Virus record (IMG/VR): IMGVR_UViG_3300021962_000122
Span: 1-58,552 of that record
DNA length: 58,552 nucleotides
DNA from: a virus
Taxonomy: Duplodnaviria; Caudoviricetes
Reading direction: 5' to 3' (one strand)
The translations under genes and the position numbers were made by a program. Below the pieces are notes generated by a model. That model was given only the letters and a program-made list of their open reading frames with translations, was not told where the DNA came from and ran no database searches. Shown one piece after another: positions 43,812 through 53,716 of this stretch; within the stretch, counting starts at the first letter, position 1, and each line of letters opens with the position of its first letter.

Positions 43812-46256
43812 ATGATGGCCACCAACATAGACAAAGCGCTGTTTCAACAACCCCAAGGTATCGGAGAGCTGGCGCAAGACGAAGAAGCAATTGAGATTGA
43901 GATCATTGACCCCGAAGCGGTCAACATTGATATTGGGGACGTAGAGATAAGCATCAGGCCCGGTGAGGACGACGAGTTCAACGAGAACTTGGCCGACACG
44001 CTGGACGAAGATGACATCATGGCGATGGCGTCTGAGTTGGCCGCAGACATTGAGCAAGACAAGAACTCCCGCAAGGACTGGGAGAAGGCCTACACAGAAG
44101 GCTTAAAACTGTTGGGCCTTCAGTACGAAGAGCGCACAGAACCTTGGAACGGCGCGTCTGGCGTGTTCCACCCTATGATTACAGAAGCCGTGGTGCGCTT
44201 CCAGTCAGAGACCATCACCGAGACATTCCCCGCGCAAGGCCCCGTGCGTACAAAAATTCTGGGCAAAGAGACTCAGGAAAAACAAGAAGCCGCAGTGCGT
44301 GTGCAAGAGGACATGAACTACGAGTTGACAGAGGTGATGCGTGAGTTCAGACCCGAGCACGAGCGCATGCTGTGGAGTCTGCCAGCCACGGGTTCCGCGT
44401 TCAAGAAGGTGTACTATGACCCCAACATTGGCCGCCAAGTATCCATATTCATACCGGCAGAAGACATCATCCTGCCCTACGGCACGACCGATTTGGATAC
44501 CTGTTACCGCTTGACGCACGTCATGCGCAAGACAAAGAACGAGATTGTCAAGCTCCAACAAGCAGGCTTTTACCGCGACATCGAGCTGCCTGACCCAACC
44601 AAAGACCAAGATAACATCAAAAAGGCCAAGGACAAAGAGACAGGGTTCTCTGACCTGAACGACGACAGATATACGCTGTACGAATGCCACGTTGACTTGG
44701 TGCTCAAAGGCGACGAACTCAAAGATGAGGACGATGACGAACCAACAGGCATCACAAGGCCGTACGTCGTTACTTTAATAAAAGGCTCGAACGATGTTCT
44801 GGCCATCCGTAGAAACTGGGAACAGGACGATCCACTTGAAATCAAACGACAGCACTTTGTTCACTATCAATACATCCCGGGTTTTGGAGCGTACGGCTTT
44901 GGCCTATTCCATCTCATTGGAGGGTATGCCAAATCGGCCACGAGTCTCATGCGCCAGCTTATTGACGCAGGTACTCTCTCAAACCTGCCCGGGGGACTCA
45001 AATCCCGTGGCATGCGCATCAAAGGCGACGACACACCTATTGCTCCCGGAGAATGGCGCGACGTAGATATTGGTTCGGGGGCGCTCAGAGACAGCATCCT
45101 GCCACTGCCATACAAAGAACCCAGCATGGTGTTGGCTGGGTTGATGGACAAGATTGTGGAGGAAGGCCGCAGGTTTGCTGCCACTGCCGACATGAAGGTG
45201 TCGGACATGTCCGCCCAAGCCCCTGTGGGCACCACACTGGCGTTGCTCGAGCGCCAGCTAAAAGTCATGAGCGCCGTGCAAGCGCGTCTGCACTACACAT
45301 TCAAACAAGAGCTGCGTCTGCTGGCCGCGATCATCCGCGACTACACAGACCCAGACTACGACTACGACCCCATCGACGCACCGCGTAAAGCCAAGGCTGC
45401 TGACTACGACCATGTAGACATCATCCCTGTGAGCGACCCCAACGCAGCAACCATGAGCCAGCGGGTTGTGCAGTACCAAGCGGTCATTCAGATGGCGCAG
45501 ATGGCTCCAGACATCTACGACTTGCCGCAGTTGCACAGACAGATGTTGGCTGTGTTGGGTATCAAGGATGCCGATAAGCTTGTGCCCCTGCCGGACGACC
45601 AGAAACCGAAAGACCCTGTGTCTGAGAACATGGCCGCGTTGCGCATGGAGCCACTCAAAGCATTCTTCTATCAAGATCATCAGTCGCACATTCAGGTGCA
45701 CATGATGGCGATGCAGGATCCAATCGTCATGGAGTTGGTTGGACAGAACCCCAAGGCTCCACAGATTCAAGCTGCCATGATGGCGCACGTTGCTGAGCAC
45801 GTTGGCTTTGCCTACCGTCAGAAGATTGAGCAGCAACTGGGCATGCCCTTGCCGCCGGAAGATGAGAAGCTGCCACCAGAAATTGAGACACAGCTCTCAG
45901 GCATGATGGCTCAGGCCGCACAGCAAGTGCTCCAGCAGAGTCAAGCAATGGCTGCGCAAAAACAAGCTCAGCAACAACAGCAAGACCCGCTCATCCAGAT
46001 GCAGCAGCAAGAGTTGCAGATCAAGATGCAGGAGCTGGCGTTGAAAAAACAAGAAGTCGAGGGCAAGCTTGACCTTGAGAACAAACGCCTTGAGGTTGAT
46101 GCGATGGCCAAAGCTGGCCAGCTCAAACACCAAAAGACAACAGCGAACATCACCGCACTTGCAAAAGCTGGGGACATAAAGACCAAGCGCGAGCAAATGC
46201 AAATGCAGATGCAAATGCAGCAACGCAACAACCAAAAGGAGAAGCCAACTAAATGA
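43812..46256 (+). CDS. Portal protein with Gln-rich C-terminal coiled coil
   Basis: Follows TerL. GSAFKKVYYD and YGFGL motifs; helical tail resembling the P22 portal barrel. Confidence 0.85.
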   Translation: MMATNIDKALFQQPQGIGELAQDEEAIEIEIIDPEAVNIDIGDVEISIRPGEDDEFNENLADTLDEDDIMAMASELAADIEQDKNSRKDWEKAYTEGLKLLGLQYEERTEPWNGASGVFHPMITEAVVRFQSETITETFPAQGPVRTKILGKETQEKQEAAVRVQEDMNYELTEVMREFRPEHERMLWSLPATGSAFKKVYYDPNIGRQVSIFIPAEDIILPYGTTDLDTCYRLTHVMRKTKNEIVKLQQAGFYRDIELPDPTKDQDNIKKAKDKETGFSDLNDDRYTLYECHVDLVLKGDELKDEDDDEPTGITRPYVVTLIKGSNDVLAIRRNWEQDDPLEIKRQHFVHYQYIPGFGAYGFGLFHLIGGYAKSATSLMRQLIDAGTLSNLPGGLKSRGMRIKGDDTPIAPGEWRDVDIGSGALRDSILPLPYKEPSMVLAGLMDKIVEEGRRFAATADMKVSDMSAQAPVGTTLALLERQLKVMSAVQARLHYTFKQELRLLAAIIRDYTDPDYDYDPIDAPRKAKAADYDHVDIIPVSDPNAATMSQRVVQYQAVIQMAQMAPDIYDLPQLHRQMLAVLGIKDADKLVPLPDDQKPKDPVSENMAALRMEPLKAFFYQDHQSHIQVHMMAMQDPIVMELVGQNPKAPQIQAAMMAHVAEHVGFAYRQKIEQQLGMPLPPEDEKLPPEIETQLSGMMAQAAQQVLQQSQAMAAQKQAQQQQQDPLIQMQQQELQIKMQELALKKQEVEGKLDLENKRLEVDAMAKAGQLKHQKTTANITALAKAGDIKTKREQMQMQMQMQQRNNQKEKPTK

Positions 46257-46447
46257 TTCAAGAATTCGCACGCGTATTGCGCGACAAATTACGCACCGAC
46301 ATGAACAACTACGCAGATGACTGCGCCGGTGGTGGGTGTCGCAACTTTGAAGAGTATCAAAAACTTTGCGGTGTTATTCAGGGTCTAGCCATCGCAGAGC
46401 GCCATCTTCTTGACCTTGCTGAGAAAGTAGAAAAATCCGATGAGTGA
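46253..46447 (+). CDS. Small head-module protein
   Basis: ATGA coupling and EEYQKLCGVIQGL motif. Confidence 0.65.
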   Translation: MIQEFARVLRDKLRTDMNNYADDCAGGGCRNFEEYQKLCGVIQGLAIAERHLLDLAEKVEKSDE

Positions 46448-46874
46448 AATCACGCTTGAACCGGGGCAGTTTGCCCTGCCGGAAATCCAACCCGTTGATG
46501 CACCCGCATCAGATGCAACCAACGAAGAGAAAGCCACAATGCTTCCTGAACCAACAGGATGGAAACTTTTGTGTGCGGTACCCGATATTTCTGAAAAAAT
46601 TGATGGTACAGAGCTTGATCTCGTGAAAGCCACATCCACCCTGCGCCAAGAAGAACATGCCACAACGGTTCTGTTTGTGCTCAAGGTTGGCCCCGACGCG
46701 TACAAAGACCAGACCAAGTTCCCCGCAGGCGCGTGGTGTAAGGAGGGTGACTTTGTTCTCGTGCGTACGTATTCCGGTACGCGATTCAAAATCTTCGGAA
46801 AAGAGTTCCGGCTCATCAATGATGACCAAGTGGACGCTGTTGTGCAAGACCCTCGTGGGCTTACCCGCGCTTAA
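46440..46874 (+). CDS. GroES/Cpn10-like co-chaperonin
   Basis: PTGWKLL, VLKVGP, KEGDFVL...YSG and RLINDDQV align with the GroES pattern. Confidence 0.8.
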   Translation: MSEITLEPGQFALPEIQPVDAPASDATNEEKATMLPEPTGWKLLCAVPDISEKIDGTELDLVKATSTLRQEEHATTVLFVLKVGPDAYKDQTKFPAGAWCKEGDFVLVRTYSGTRFKIFGKEFRLINDDQVDAVVQDPRGLTRA

Positions 46875-46885
46875 AAGGAGCAGAT

Positions 46886-47839
46886 ATGGCAGAGCAATAC
46901 AAGTTCCCCGACGAACTTGATGACGACAAAAATCAAAAGGTTGAAGTTCAAACCGAAGATGAAGTCGAAATTGAAATCGTTGACGACACACCGGAGAAAG
47001 ACCGTGGCCGTCGCCCACTTGATCGGGAAGTAGAAGACCCGACAGACGACGAAATTGAGTCATACACCCAAGGTGCACAAAAACGCATCAAGGAGTTGAC
47101 CCATGCCCGCCACGACGAACGCCGTGCCAAAGAAGCCCTTTTGAGGGAAAAGCAAGAGCTTGAGCGTCTTGCACAGCACTATGTTGAGGAAAACAAAAAA
47201 CTCAAACAGTACGTTCACACAGGCACCGAACAGTACGGGGCTATGGCCAAGACTGCGGCTGAAGCGGAATTGGACAAAGCTCGGCAAGAGTACAAAGCGG
47301 CGCAGGAGGCGTTTGACACTGATGCCATCATTGCGGCACAGGAAAAGTTGTTTGAAGCAAAGATGAAGTTGCAACAAGCACAAAACTTTCGCCCACCCCC
47401 TTTACAAACAGAAGAAGTTGATGTACAACCGCGACAACAAGCACCCGAACCGGTGCGAGCTGACGAAAAGACCTTGCGCTGGCAAGCAAAAAACCAGTGG
47501 TTTGGCTCAGACGGGTTCGAGGAAGTTACCAGCTTTGCACTAGGGCTGCATCAAAAACTAGTCAACAATGGAGTTGACCCTCGCTCCGATGAATATTTCG
47601 AGCAAATTGATGCTCGCGTGAAGTCGAAGTTCCCTGAAGTTTTCGGAGGAAACGAAGACAAGCCAAGGTCGGTTGAGACTCCGAGGCGTCCATCATCCGT
47701 GGTGGCACCCGCATCACGTTCGACCGGGACAAGGAAGATACAGTTAACGCCGTCTCAAGCTGCGTTAATTAAAAAGTACAACCTCGACCCGAAAAAATAC
47801 GTTGCTGAAGTTTTAAAACTGGAGAATCAAAATGGCTGA
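46886..47839 (+). CDS. Capsid scaffolding protein
   Basis: Acidic N-terminus, coiled coil and C-terminal helix (LTPSQ...YV), located before the capsid genes. Confidence 0.7.
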   Translation: MAEQYKFPDELDDDKNQKVEVQTEDEVEIEIVDDTPEKDRGRRPLDREVEDPTDDEIESYTQGAQKRIKELTHARHDERRAKEALLREKQELERLAQHYVEENKKLKQYVHTGTEQYGAMAKTAAEAELDKARQEYKAAQEAFDTDAIIAAQEKLFEAKMKLQQAQNFRPPPLQTEEVDVQPRQQAPEPVRADEKTLRWQAKNQWFGSDGFEEVTSFALGLHQKLVNNGVDPRSDEYFEQIDARVKSKFPEVFGGNEDKPRSVETPRRPSSVVAPASRSTGTRKIQLTPSQAALIKKYNLDPKKYVAEVLKLENQNG

Positions 47840-48284
47840 AAACCGTACCCCTCGTGACAATGTGTCACGCGAAAAGCAGGCTCGTGCTGTATACGTACCG
47901 CCGACTGCGCTGCCCGATCCGACACCTGAACCCGGATATGTCTACCGTTGGGTAGCCACACATGTCTTGGGTCAGCACGAACCAACCAACGTGTCACGCA
48001 AGTTTCGCGATGGCTGGGAGCCGGTGAAAGCAGCAGACCATCCTGAGTTGATGATTACTGGTAGTGAAAAAACGGGCAATGTTGAAATTGGTGGCCTCAT
48101 GCTTTGCAAGATGCCAATCGAGAAAGCACGCGCCCGGGACGAGTACTACGAGCAACAAGCTCAGAACCAGATGGATTCAGTGGACAACCACTTCATGCGA
48201 AACAACGATTCGCGCATGCCGCTGTTTGCAGACCGTAAGTCAACAACCAGTCGCGGTGCGGGTTTTGGTTCAGGTTCTAAATAA
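47832..48284 (+). CDS. Head-module hypothetical protein
   Basis: GYVYRW...GWEPV...GGLMLCK motif. Confidence 0.65.
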   Translation: MAENRTPRDNVSREKQARAVYVPPTALPDPTPEPGYVYRWVATHVLGQHEPTNVSRKFRDGWEPVKAADHPELMITGSEKTGNVEIGGLMLCKMPIEKARARDEYYEQQAQNQMDSVDNHFMRNNDSRMPLFADRKSTTSRGAGFGSGSK

Positions 48285-48299
48285 ACAAGGAGTCCTTAA

Positions 48300-48926
48300 A
48301 TGGCATCAGTAGCATCCCCTTACGGCCTAAAACCCGTAAATGAGTTGGGCGGCACACCATACGCAGGTGCGACCCGTACTTATCTCATCGACCCCGCAGG
48401 CACTGCCTCAAACATTTACAACGGCTCGCCCGTGTACGTAAATGCGTCTGGCTATTTGGCTGTGGCAACCGCAACCGGCGCTGACGCGACCACAAACGGC
48501 TTCCCTACTGGCACCGCTAATACCGGTATCGTGGGTGTGTTTGTTGGTTGTTCCTACATCAACGCACAAGGCCAAGTAATCTACGCACAGTACTACCCAA
48601 CAGGTACAACTGGCGTGATTAACGCTTACGTTGTGGACGACCCCAATGTTGTGTTCCAAGTCCAGTCCGCTGGCTCTGTGACACAAGCTGCATTGGGCGC
48701 AAACGTATTTTTCTCAACTGGCGCTGTGGCAACAGGCAGCACATCAACAGGTAACTCTACGGCTTCTGTCGTTGCGGGTTCCTCTGCTGTGACTACCACC
48801 GCAGCATTCCGTGTTGTTGGGTTCGTTAATATGCAAGGCTTCTCAGTTGTAGGCGACGCTTACACCGACATCCTTGTCAAGATTAACCCCGGCTATCACT
48901 CATTTACCAACGCTGTTGGCCTGTAA
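48300..48926 (+). CDS. Putative capsid decoration/cement protein
   Basis: Beta-rich Gly/Thr/Ala protein (PYGLKP, GVFVGC, DDP) immediately before the major capsid gene. Confidence 0.6.
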   Translation: MASVASPYGLKPVNELGGTPYAGATRTYLIDPAGTASNIYNGSPVYVNASGYLAVATATGADATTNGFPTGTANTGIVGVFVGCSYINAQGQVIYAQYYPTGTTGVINAYVVDDPNVVFQVQSAGSVTQAALGANVFFSTGAVATGSTSTGNSTASVVAGSSAVTTTAAFRVVGFVNMQGFSVVGDAYTDILVKINPGYHSFTNAVGL

Positions 48927-48939
48927 GGAGTAACTCAAA

Positions 48940-49869
48940 ATGGCAATTTCACGCGCACAACTACTGAAAGAGTTGCTCCCCGGACTGAACGCATTGTTTG
49001 GTATGGAGTACGCACGCTACGGTGAAGAGCACAAAGAAATCTACGAAACAGAGAAATCTGAGCGTAGCTTTGAAGAAGAGACCAAGCTTGCTGGTTTCGG
49101 TGCCGCTCCCGTCAAGAACGAAGGTTCCGCAATTGCTTATGACAATGCGCAGGAAGCCTTCACTGCACGGTACAACCACGAAACCATCGCCTTGGGTTTC
49201 TCAATCACTGAAGAAGCGATTGAAGATAACTTATACGACAGCTTGTCTGCTCGTTACACCAAAGCTTTGGCTCGTGCCATGTCATACACCAAGCAAGTCA
49301 AAGCAGCCTCTGTTATCAACAACGGCTTCAATGGCTCCTACTTGGGCGGTGATGGCGTTACCTTGTTTGGTAACAACAGCTCCAGCACTCGTGTTGGCCA
49401 CCCCTTGGTAAATGGTTCTGTTAACTACAACAGCCCAACCACTGGTGTGGACTTGAACGAAACTTCTTTGGAAAATGCCGTGATTCAAATCGCAGCATGG
49501 ACTGATGAACGTGGTCTGTTGATCGCTGCCAAGCCTCGCAAGATGATTGTGCCTCCGTCACTCATGTTCGTTGCCAAGCGTTTGCTTGACACTGAGCTGC
49601 GTGTCTCTACTGCTGACAACGACATCAACGCGTTGAAGCAGATGGGTGCAATCCCTGAAGGCTATACCGTCAACCACTTCTTGACCGACACAAACGGCTG
49701 GTACTTGATTACCGACGTTCCAAACGGCATGAAGCACTTCGAGCGTATGCCTTTGTCCAACTCAATGGACGGTGATTTCGACACCGGCAACGTCCGTTAC
49801 AAGGCCCGTGAGCGTTACAGCTTTGGTTGGTCTGATCCCCTCGGTATGTGGGGTTCTGCTGGCGCGTAA
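48940..49869 (+). CDS. Major capsid protein (Mu gpT-like)
   Basis: MAISRAQLLKELLPGL...RERYSFGWSDP. Strong RBS and a downstream terminator. Confidence 0.88.
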   Translation: MAISRAQLLKELLPGLNALFGMEYARYGEEHKEIYETEKSERSFEEETKLAGFGAAPVKNEGSAIAYDNAQEAFTARYNHETIALGFSITEEAIEDNLYDSLSARYTKALARAMSYTKQVKAASVINNGFNGSYLGGDGVTLFGNNSSSTRVGHPLVNGSVNYNSPTTGVDLNETSLENAVIQIAAWTDERGLLIAAKPRKMIVPPSLMFVAKRLLDTELRVSTADNDINALKQMGAIPEGYTVNHFLTDTNGWYLITDVPNGMKHFERMPLSNSMDGDFDTGNVRYKARERYSFGWSDPLGMWGSAGA

Positions 49870-49878
49870 GCGACTTGA

Positions 49879-49908
49879 GAAAAGGGGACTAGCGTCCCCT
49901 TTTCTTTT
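49879..49908 (+). terminator. Intrinsic terminator after the capsid gene
   Basis: GAAAAGGGGAC-tagc-GTCCCCTTTTC followed by TTTT. Confidence 0.8.
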
Positions 49909-49927
49909 GCGGTATATTCAAACCATT

Positions 49928-50000
49928 CCGGGGTTTTCCGGTGCATCTGACAGTCCCGGCTGACGACATGCAGACAGATGCACTACCACTCGCATGTGAG
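49928..50000 (+). ncRNA. Structured element downstream of the capsid gene (candidate Mu-gpT-DE-like RNA)
   Basis: 9-bp stem GTGCATCTG/CAGATGCAC crossed by CCGGG/CCCGG and CATGC/GCATG pairings. Confidence 0.5.
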
Positions 50001-50008
50001 GACACATC

Positions 50009-50410
50009 ATGGCAAATACCACATTCAATGGGCCGGTTCGTTCTGAAAACGGCTTCCAATCCATTTCTGTTAACTCCACTACTGGGGCAGTTACCGTTAA
50101 CTCCACCTTTGGGCAAGGCGTTGTTTTAGGAACGCAGTCTTTGTCTGGCGCAGGCGCAGTTGACATCACCAACGCTTTTACATCTCTTACAACCACAGGC
50201 GCGGCACAGGCGCTGACGTTGGCAAACGGAGATGTGGGAGAAGTAAAAATTATCACGCATACAGTAGATGGCGGTTCTGCTGTACTGACTCCCACAACCA
50301 AAATTGGTTTTACCACCATCACTTTCACTGGCGTTGGCGAATCAGCCATGTTGGTGTATACCTCCGCTGGCTGGGCAATTGTTGCTTTGAACGGCGCAGT
50401 CGCAGCTTAA
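50009..50410 (+). CDS. Putative virion protein
   Basis: MANTTFNGPVRSENGF N-terminus, beta-rich. Confidence 0.65.
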   Translation: MANTTFNGPVRSENGFQSISVNSTTGAVTVNSTFGQGVVLGTQSLSGAGAVDITNAFTSLTTTGAAQALTLANGDVGEVKIITHTVDGGSAVLTPTTKIGFTTITFTGVGESAMLVYTSAGWAIVALNGAVAA

Positions 50411-50422
50411 TAGGAGCATTCC

Positions 50423-50710
50423 ATGACGATGCAAGCTGATGTCCAGTCAACGCGACTGACGGCAGACGGACAAGCGGTCAATTACCGCACCCGTGTGAAA
50501 ACCGTGTATGGCCTTGCGGGAGCAAGCGCAGGGTCAGTCAAGCTGTATAACGGAACAGACGCAACTGGCACACTGTTGCTCGAAGTGGATACTCCGGCAG
50601 GCACAGCAAACACGTTTCTTTTACCAATACCCGGTGAAGGCATCTTGTTTACCATAGGCGTTTATGCTGATGTGACCAACATCACGGGCGTAACGATTGT
50701 CTATGGCTAA
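50423..50710 (+). CDS. Putative small virion protein
   Basis: IPGEGILF...YG motif. AGGAG RBS. Confidence 0.65.
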   Translation: MTMQADVQSTRLTADGQAVNYRTRVKTVYGLAGASAGSVKLYNGTDATGTLLLEVDTPAGTANTFLLPIPGEGILFTIGVYADVTNITGVTIVYG

Positions 50711-51026
50711 GTCACCAGCATGGCAACGCAAGGAAGGGAAGTCCGAGAGCGGCGGCTTGAACGCCAAAGGACGAGCTTCCTACAACGCAGCAAATCCGGG
50801 GAAACCCGGGTTGAAGCCGCCTCAGCCACAGGGCGGCAGTCGCCGCGACTCTTTCTGCGCCCGAATGAAAGGCATGAAAGCGAAGCTTACGAGCGCCAAG
50901 ACCGCAAACGATCCAGATTCGAGGATTAACAAGAGCCTTCGTGCGTGGAACTGTGCTGATGGTGGCTACGTCACCAAGGCCGATGGCTGTGCCACCAAGG
51001 GCAAGACGAAAGGCAGGTTTGTGTAA
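50703..51026 (+). CDS. Small basic protein (DUF6321-like)
   Basis: AWQRKEGK...GGLN...SFCARM...SLRAWNC. Confidence 0.6.
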   Translation: MAKSPAWQRKEGKSESGGLNAKGRASYNAANPGKPGLKPPQPQGGSRRDSFCARMKGMKAKLTSAKTANDPDSRINKSLRAWNCADGGYVTKADGCATKGKTKGRFV

Positions 51027-51275
51027 ATGGCAGAGGCAGACATTCTTACAGCCAGAGAGTTGGCTACGCACGCGGCAAATATTGACCATTTGCAAAACGA
51101 CGTGGACAAAATCATGGCGGACATGGATGAGATCAAACGCTCAATTGCACAAATCAACACCACTTTGTCTGAGGCGAAGGGTGGCTGGAAAGTGTTCATG
51201 CTGCTTGGCGGTGTGAGTGGGGGTACTGTGGGGGCAGGGCTTGTACAAACAGCACATTACTTTTTGGGTAAGTGA
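51027..51275 (+). CDS. Coiled-coil protein with C-terminal hydrophobic helix
   Basis: Heptad region followed by GGWKVFMLLGG. Confidence 0.55.
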   Translation: MAEADILTARELATHAANIDHLQNDVDKIMADMDEIKRSIAQINTTLSEAKGGWKVFMLLGGVSGGTVGAGLVQTAHYFLGK

Positions 51276-51643
51276 TGCCAAGCACCAGCAAGAAGCAACA
51301 CAATTTCATGGCGGCGGTGGCCAATAACCCGTCGTTTGCCAAGAAGGTAGGAGTCCCACAGTCTGTGGGCAAGGATTTTTCAAACGCCGACAAAGGCAAA
51401 ACTTTTAAAAGAGGTGGTGATATGGCTAAAGCAAACCCTTTCATGGAAATGATTGCCAAGAAAAAAGAGATGGCAAAAGGCAAAAAAGAAATGCCAATGA
51501 AAAAGATGGCTTCTGGTGGCATGACCAGCGCCAAAATGGGTTCTGTCAAAACCGCAGCTCCAAGCCGTGATGGTGTGGCTGTCAAAGGCAAAACCAAAGG
51601 CAAGATGGTCACCATGAAATCTGGCGGCAAAGCCTACTGCTGA
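51275..51643 (+). CDS. Small Lys/Met-rich protein
   Basis: MPSTSKKQHNFMAAVA...FAKKVG N-terminus and xGG motifs. Confidence 0.65.
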   Translation: MPSTSKKQHNFMAAVANNPSFAKKVGVPQSVGKDFSNADKGKTFKRGGDMAKANPFMEMIAKKKEMAKGKKEMPMKKMASGGMTSAKMGSVKTAAPSRDGVAVKGKTKGKMVTMKSGGKAYC

Positions 51644-51644
51644 C

Positions 51645-51920
51645 ATGATGTCCAGCCGTGGTATGGGGGACATCAACCCCTCAAAAATGCCCGGCGGGAA
51701 GAAAAAAGCCCGTCGGGATGACACTGCTTTCACCCAATACAAAGAGGGTGGAAAAGTCAACGCGGCGGGTAACTACACCAAACCTGAACTCAGGAAACGC
51801 ATAGTTAGCCAAGTCAAGGCAGCAGCAACCCACGGTACTGGTGCTGGCCAGTGGTCAGCCCGTAAAGCGCAGTTGGTCGCCAAGAAGTACAAGGCCGCTG
51901 GCGGGGGTTACAGAGATTGA
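51645..51920 (+). CDS. Small basic protein (GQWSARKAQ motif, DUF5872-like)
   Basis: YTKPELRKRI...GQWSARKAQLVAKKYKAAGGGY. Confidence 0.6.
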   Translation: MMSSRGMGDINPSKMPGGKKKARRDDTAFTQYKEGGKVNAAGNYTKPELRKRIVSQVKAAATHGTGAGQWSARKAQLVAKKYKAAGGGYRD

Positions 51921-52150
51921 AAGCGCCGCAGCAATCCCTTAAAAATTGGGGAGACCAAAAATGGAGAACCAAAAGTGGTAAAAAATCTTCTGACACAGGT
52001 GAGCGATATCTTCCTGAAGCTGCAATCAAAGCTCTCAGCCCTGCTGAATACGCTGCGACAACGCGTGCAAAACGTGCTGGGAAAAAAGCCGGAAAGCAAT
52101 TCGTGAAGCAGCCACCCAAGGTGGCAAAGAAAACGGCAGGATTTAGATAA
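51917..52150 (+). CDS. Small basic protein (W...W...GERYLP motif, DUF5872-like)
   Basis: TTGA coupling; QSLKNWGDQKWRTKSG...GERYLP...KQFVKQP. Confidence 0.6.
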   Translation: MKAPQQSLKNWGDQKWRTKSGKKSSDTGERYLPEAAIKALSPAEYAATTRAKRAGKKAGKQFVKQPPKVAKKTAGFR

Positions 52151-53085
52151 TGGCAACAACTTCTGGACAAGCAGGCTTTAATTTAGACCTCACCGAACTG
52201 GTGGAGGAGGCATTTGAGCGTGCTGGTTCAGAGTTGCGCACCGGATATGACCTGAAAACGGCACGTCGGTCGTTGAATTTGCTGTTTGCCGACTGGGCAA
52301 ACCGTGGTGTCAACATGTGGACGTTTGAGCAGGGCACCATTACCTTCACACAGGGGCTAAACACCTACGCAATTCCCACCGATACGGTAGATTTGCTGGA
52401 TCATGTGATCCGAACCAACGCAAATGTGGCCTCAACACAGTCAGATTTGACAATCACACGCATCAGCGTGTCCACATACGCCACCATCCCCAATAAATTG
52501 ACCCAAGCCCGGCCTATTCAGGTTTGGTACCAGCGTTTGGACGGGCAAATCATGCCCACCACAGCGGTTTTGGCGGCAAATGCCAGTGCCACAGACAACA
52601 CAATCACTTTGTCCAACGTTGTTGGCTTGCCTGCAATTGGGTACGTCAACATCGACAGCGAAACCATCTTCTACAACTACATTGACGGCAACATTCTGAG
52701 TGATTGTTACCGTGGTCAGAACGGCACAACCGCTGCTTCACATACTGCCAGCGCAACCACCAAGATTTACGTCAACAACGTTCCCCGAGTGACTGTTTGG
52801 CCAACGCCTGACGGCTCCCAGACCTACCAGTTTGTGTACTGGCGCATGCGGCGCGTGCAAGATGCTGGCAGCGGTGTCAATGTCATGGATGTACCCTTCC
52901 GTTTTGTGCCTTGCATGGTGGCTGGGCTGGCCTACTACGTGGCGCTTAAAGTGCCCGGGGGCATGGATAGATTGGTGGTGTTGAAACAGCAGTATGACGA
53001 GGCTTGGATGACGGCGGCTGATGAGGATCAGGAACGCGCTGCTTTGCGCCTTGTGCCTAGACAAATGTTCATTGGGGGAAGCTGA
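52150..53085 (+). CDS. Head-tail adaptor (P22 gp4-like) with inserted domain
   Basis: EEAFER...ARRSLNLLFADWANRG...WPTPD...VAGLAYY. Confidence 0.6.
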   Translation: MATTSGQAGFNLDLTELVEEAFERAGSELRTGYDLKTARRSLNLLFADWANRGVNMWTFEQGTITFTQGLNTYAIPTDTVDLLDHVIRTNANVASTQSDLTITRISVSTYATIPNKLTQARPIQVWYQRLDGQIMPTTAVLAANASATDNTITLSNVVGLPAIGYVNIDSETIFYNYIDGNILSDCYRGQNGTTAASHTASATTKIYVNNVPRVTVWPTPDGSQTYQFVYWRMRRVQDAGSGVNVMDVPFRFVPCMVAGLAYYVALKVPGGMDRLVVLKQQYDEAWMTAADEDQERAALRLVPRQMFIGGS

Positions 53086-53513
53086 TGGGGAACCGGTTTT
53101 CCTCTGGCAAAAACTCGATTGCTGAGTGCGACCGTTGTGGTTTCAGGTTCAAGCTTACGGTACTGAAGAAGTTGGTTGTCAAGACCAAGACATACGACTT
53201 GAAAGTGTGCCCGCAGTGCTGGGAGCCAGATCAGCCGCAACTCCAGTTGGGCATGTACCCAGTGGACGACCCGCAAGGGGTGCGCGATCCAAGGCCAGAC
53301 TTAAGCTACCAGTTGTCTGGTCGCACGGGTTTGCAGATTGTGCTGACAAACAGCCCTGCGTTGGACGCAGAAGGGATTGTGGGTGGAGGCAGTCGAGTGT
53401 TTCAGTGGGGTTGGAACCCAGTTGGTGGGGCGGCGTTTTTTGATGCTGCTCTGACACCAAATAACTTGGTTTTAGCGGTAGAAATTGGTACAGTTACAGT
53501 TGCAACGACATAA
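53085..53513 (+). CDS. Zn-finger-like hypothetical protein
   Basis: CDRCG...CPQC...DPQ...PRPD. Confidence 0.65.
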   Translation: MGNRFSSGKNSIAECDRCGFRFKLTVLKKLVVKTKTYDLKVCPQCWEPDQPQLQLGMYPVDDPQGVRDPRPDLSYQLSGRTGLQIVLTNSPALDAEGIVGGGSRVFQWGWNPVGGAAFFDAALTPNNLVLAVEIGTVTVATT

Positions 53514-53523
53514 GGAGTCGATG

Positions 53524-53715
53524 ATGGACAAGAAAGATTTAGCACAGGACAAAAAAATGATTGCTGGTGCCGTGCACAAGCACGAAAAGAAATTGCACCC
53601 GGGCAAACCCATGACAAAGTTAAAAGCTGGCGGCAAAACCAACAGCGACATGTTGAAATACGGTCGCAACATGGCCAAAATCATGAACCAGCGTTCTTCT
53701 GGTCGCGGAGGCTAA
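53524..53715 (+). CDS. Small basic protein
   Basis: AAGGAG RBS; HEKKLH and LKAGG motifs. Confidence 0.6.
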   Translation: MDKKDLAQDKKMIAGAVHKHEKKLHPGKPMTKLKAGGKTNSDMLKYGRNMAKIMNQRSSGRGG

Positions 53716-53716
53716 G

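Noticed and set aside
49941-49983. Hammerhead ribozyme suggested by CUGACGA
   Set aside because: The required GAAA is GACA, and stems I and II cannot be formed properly.
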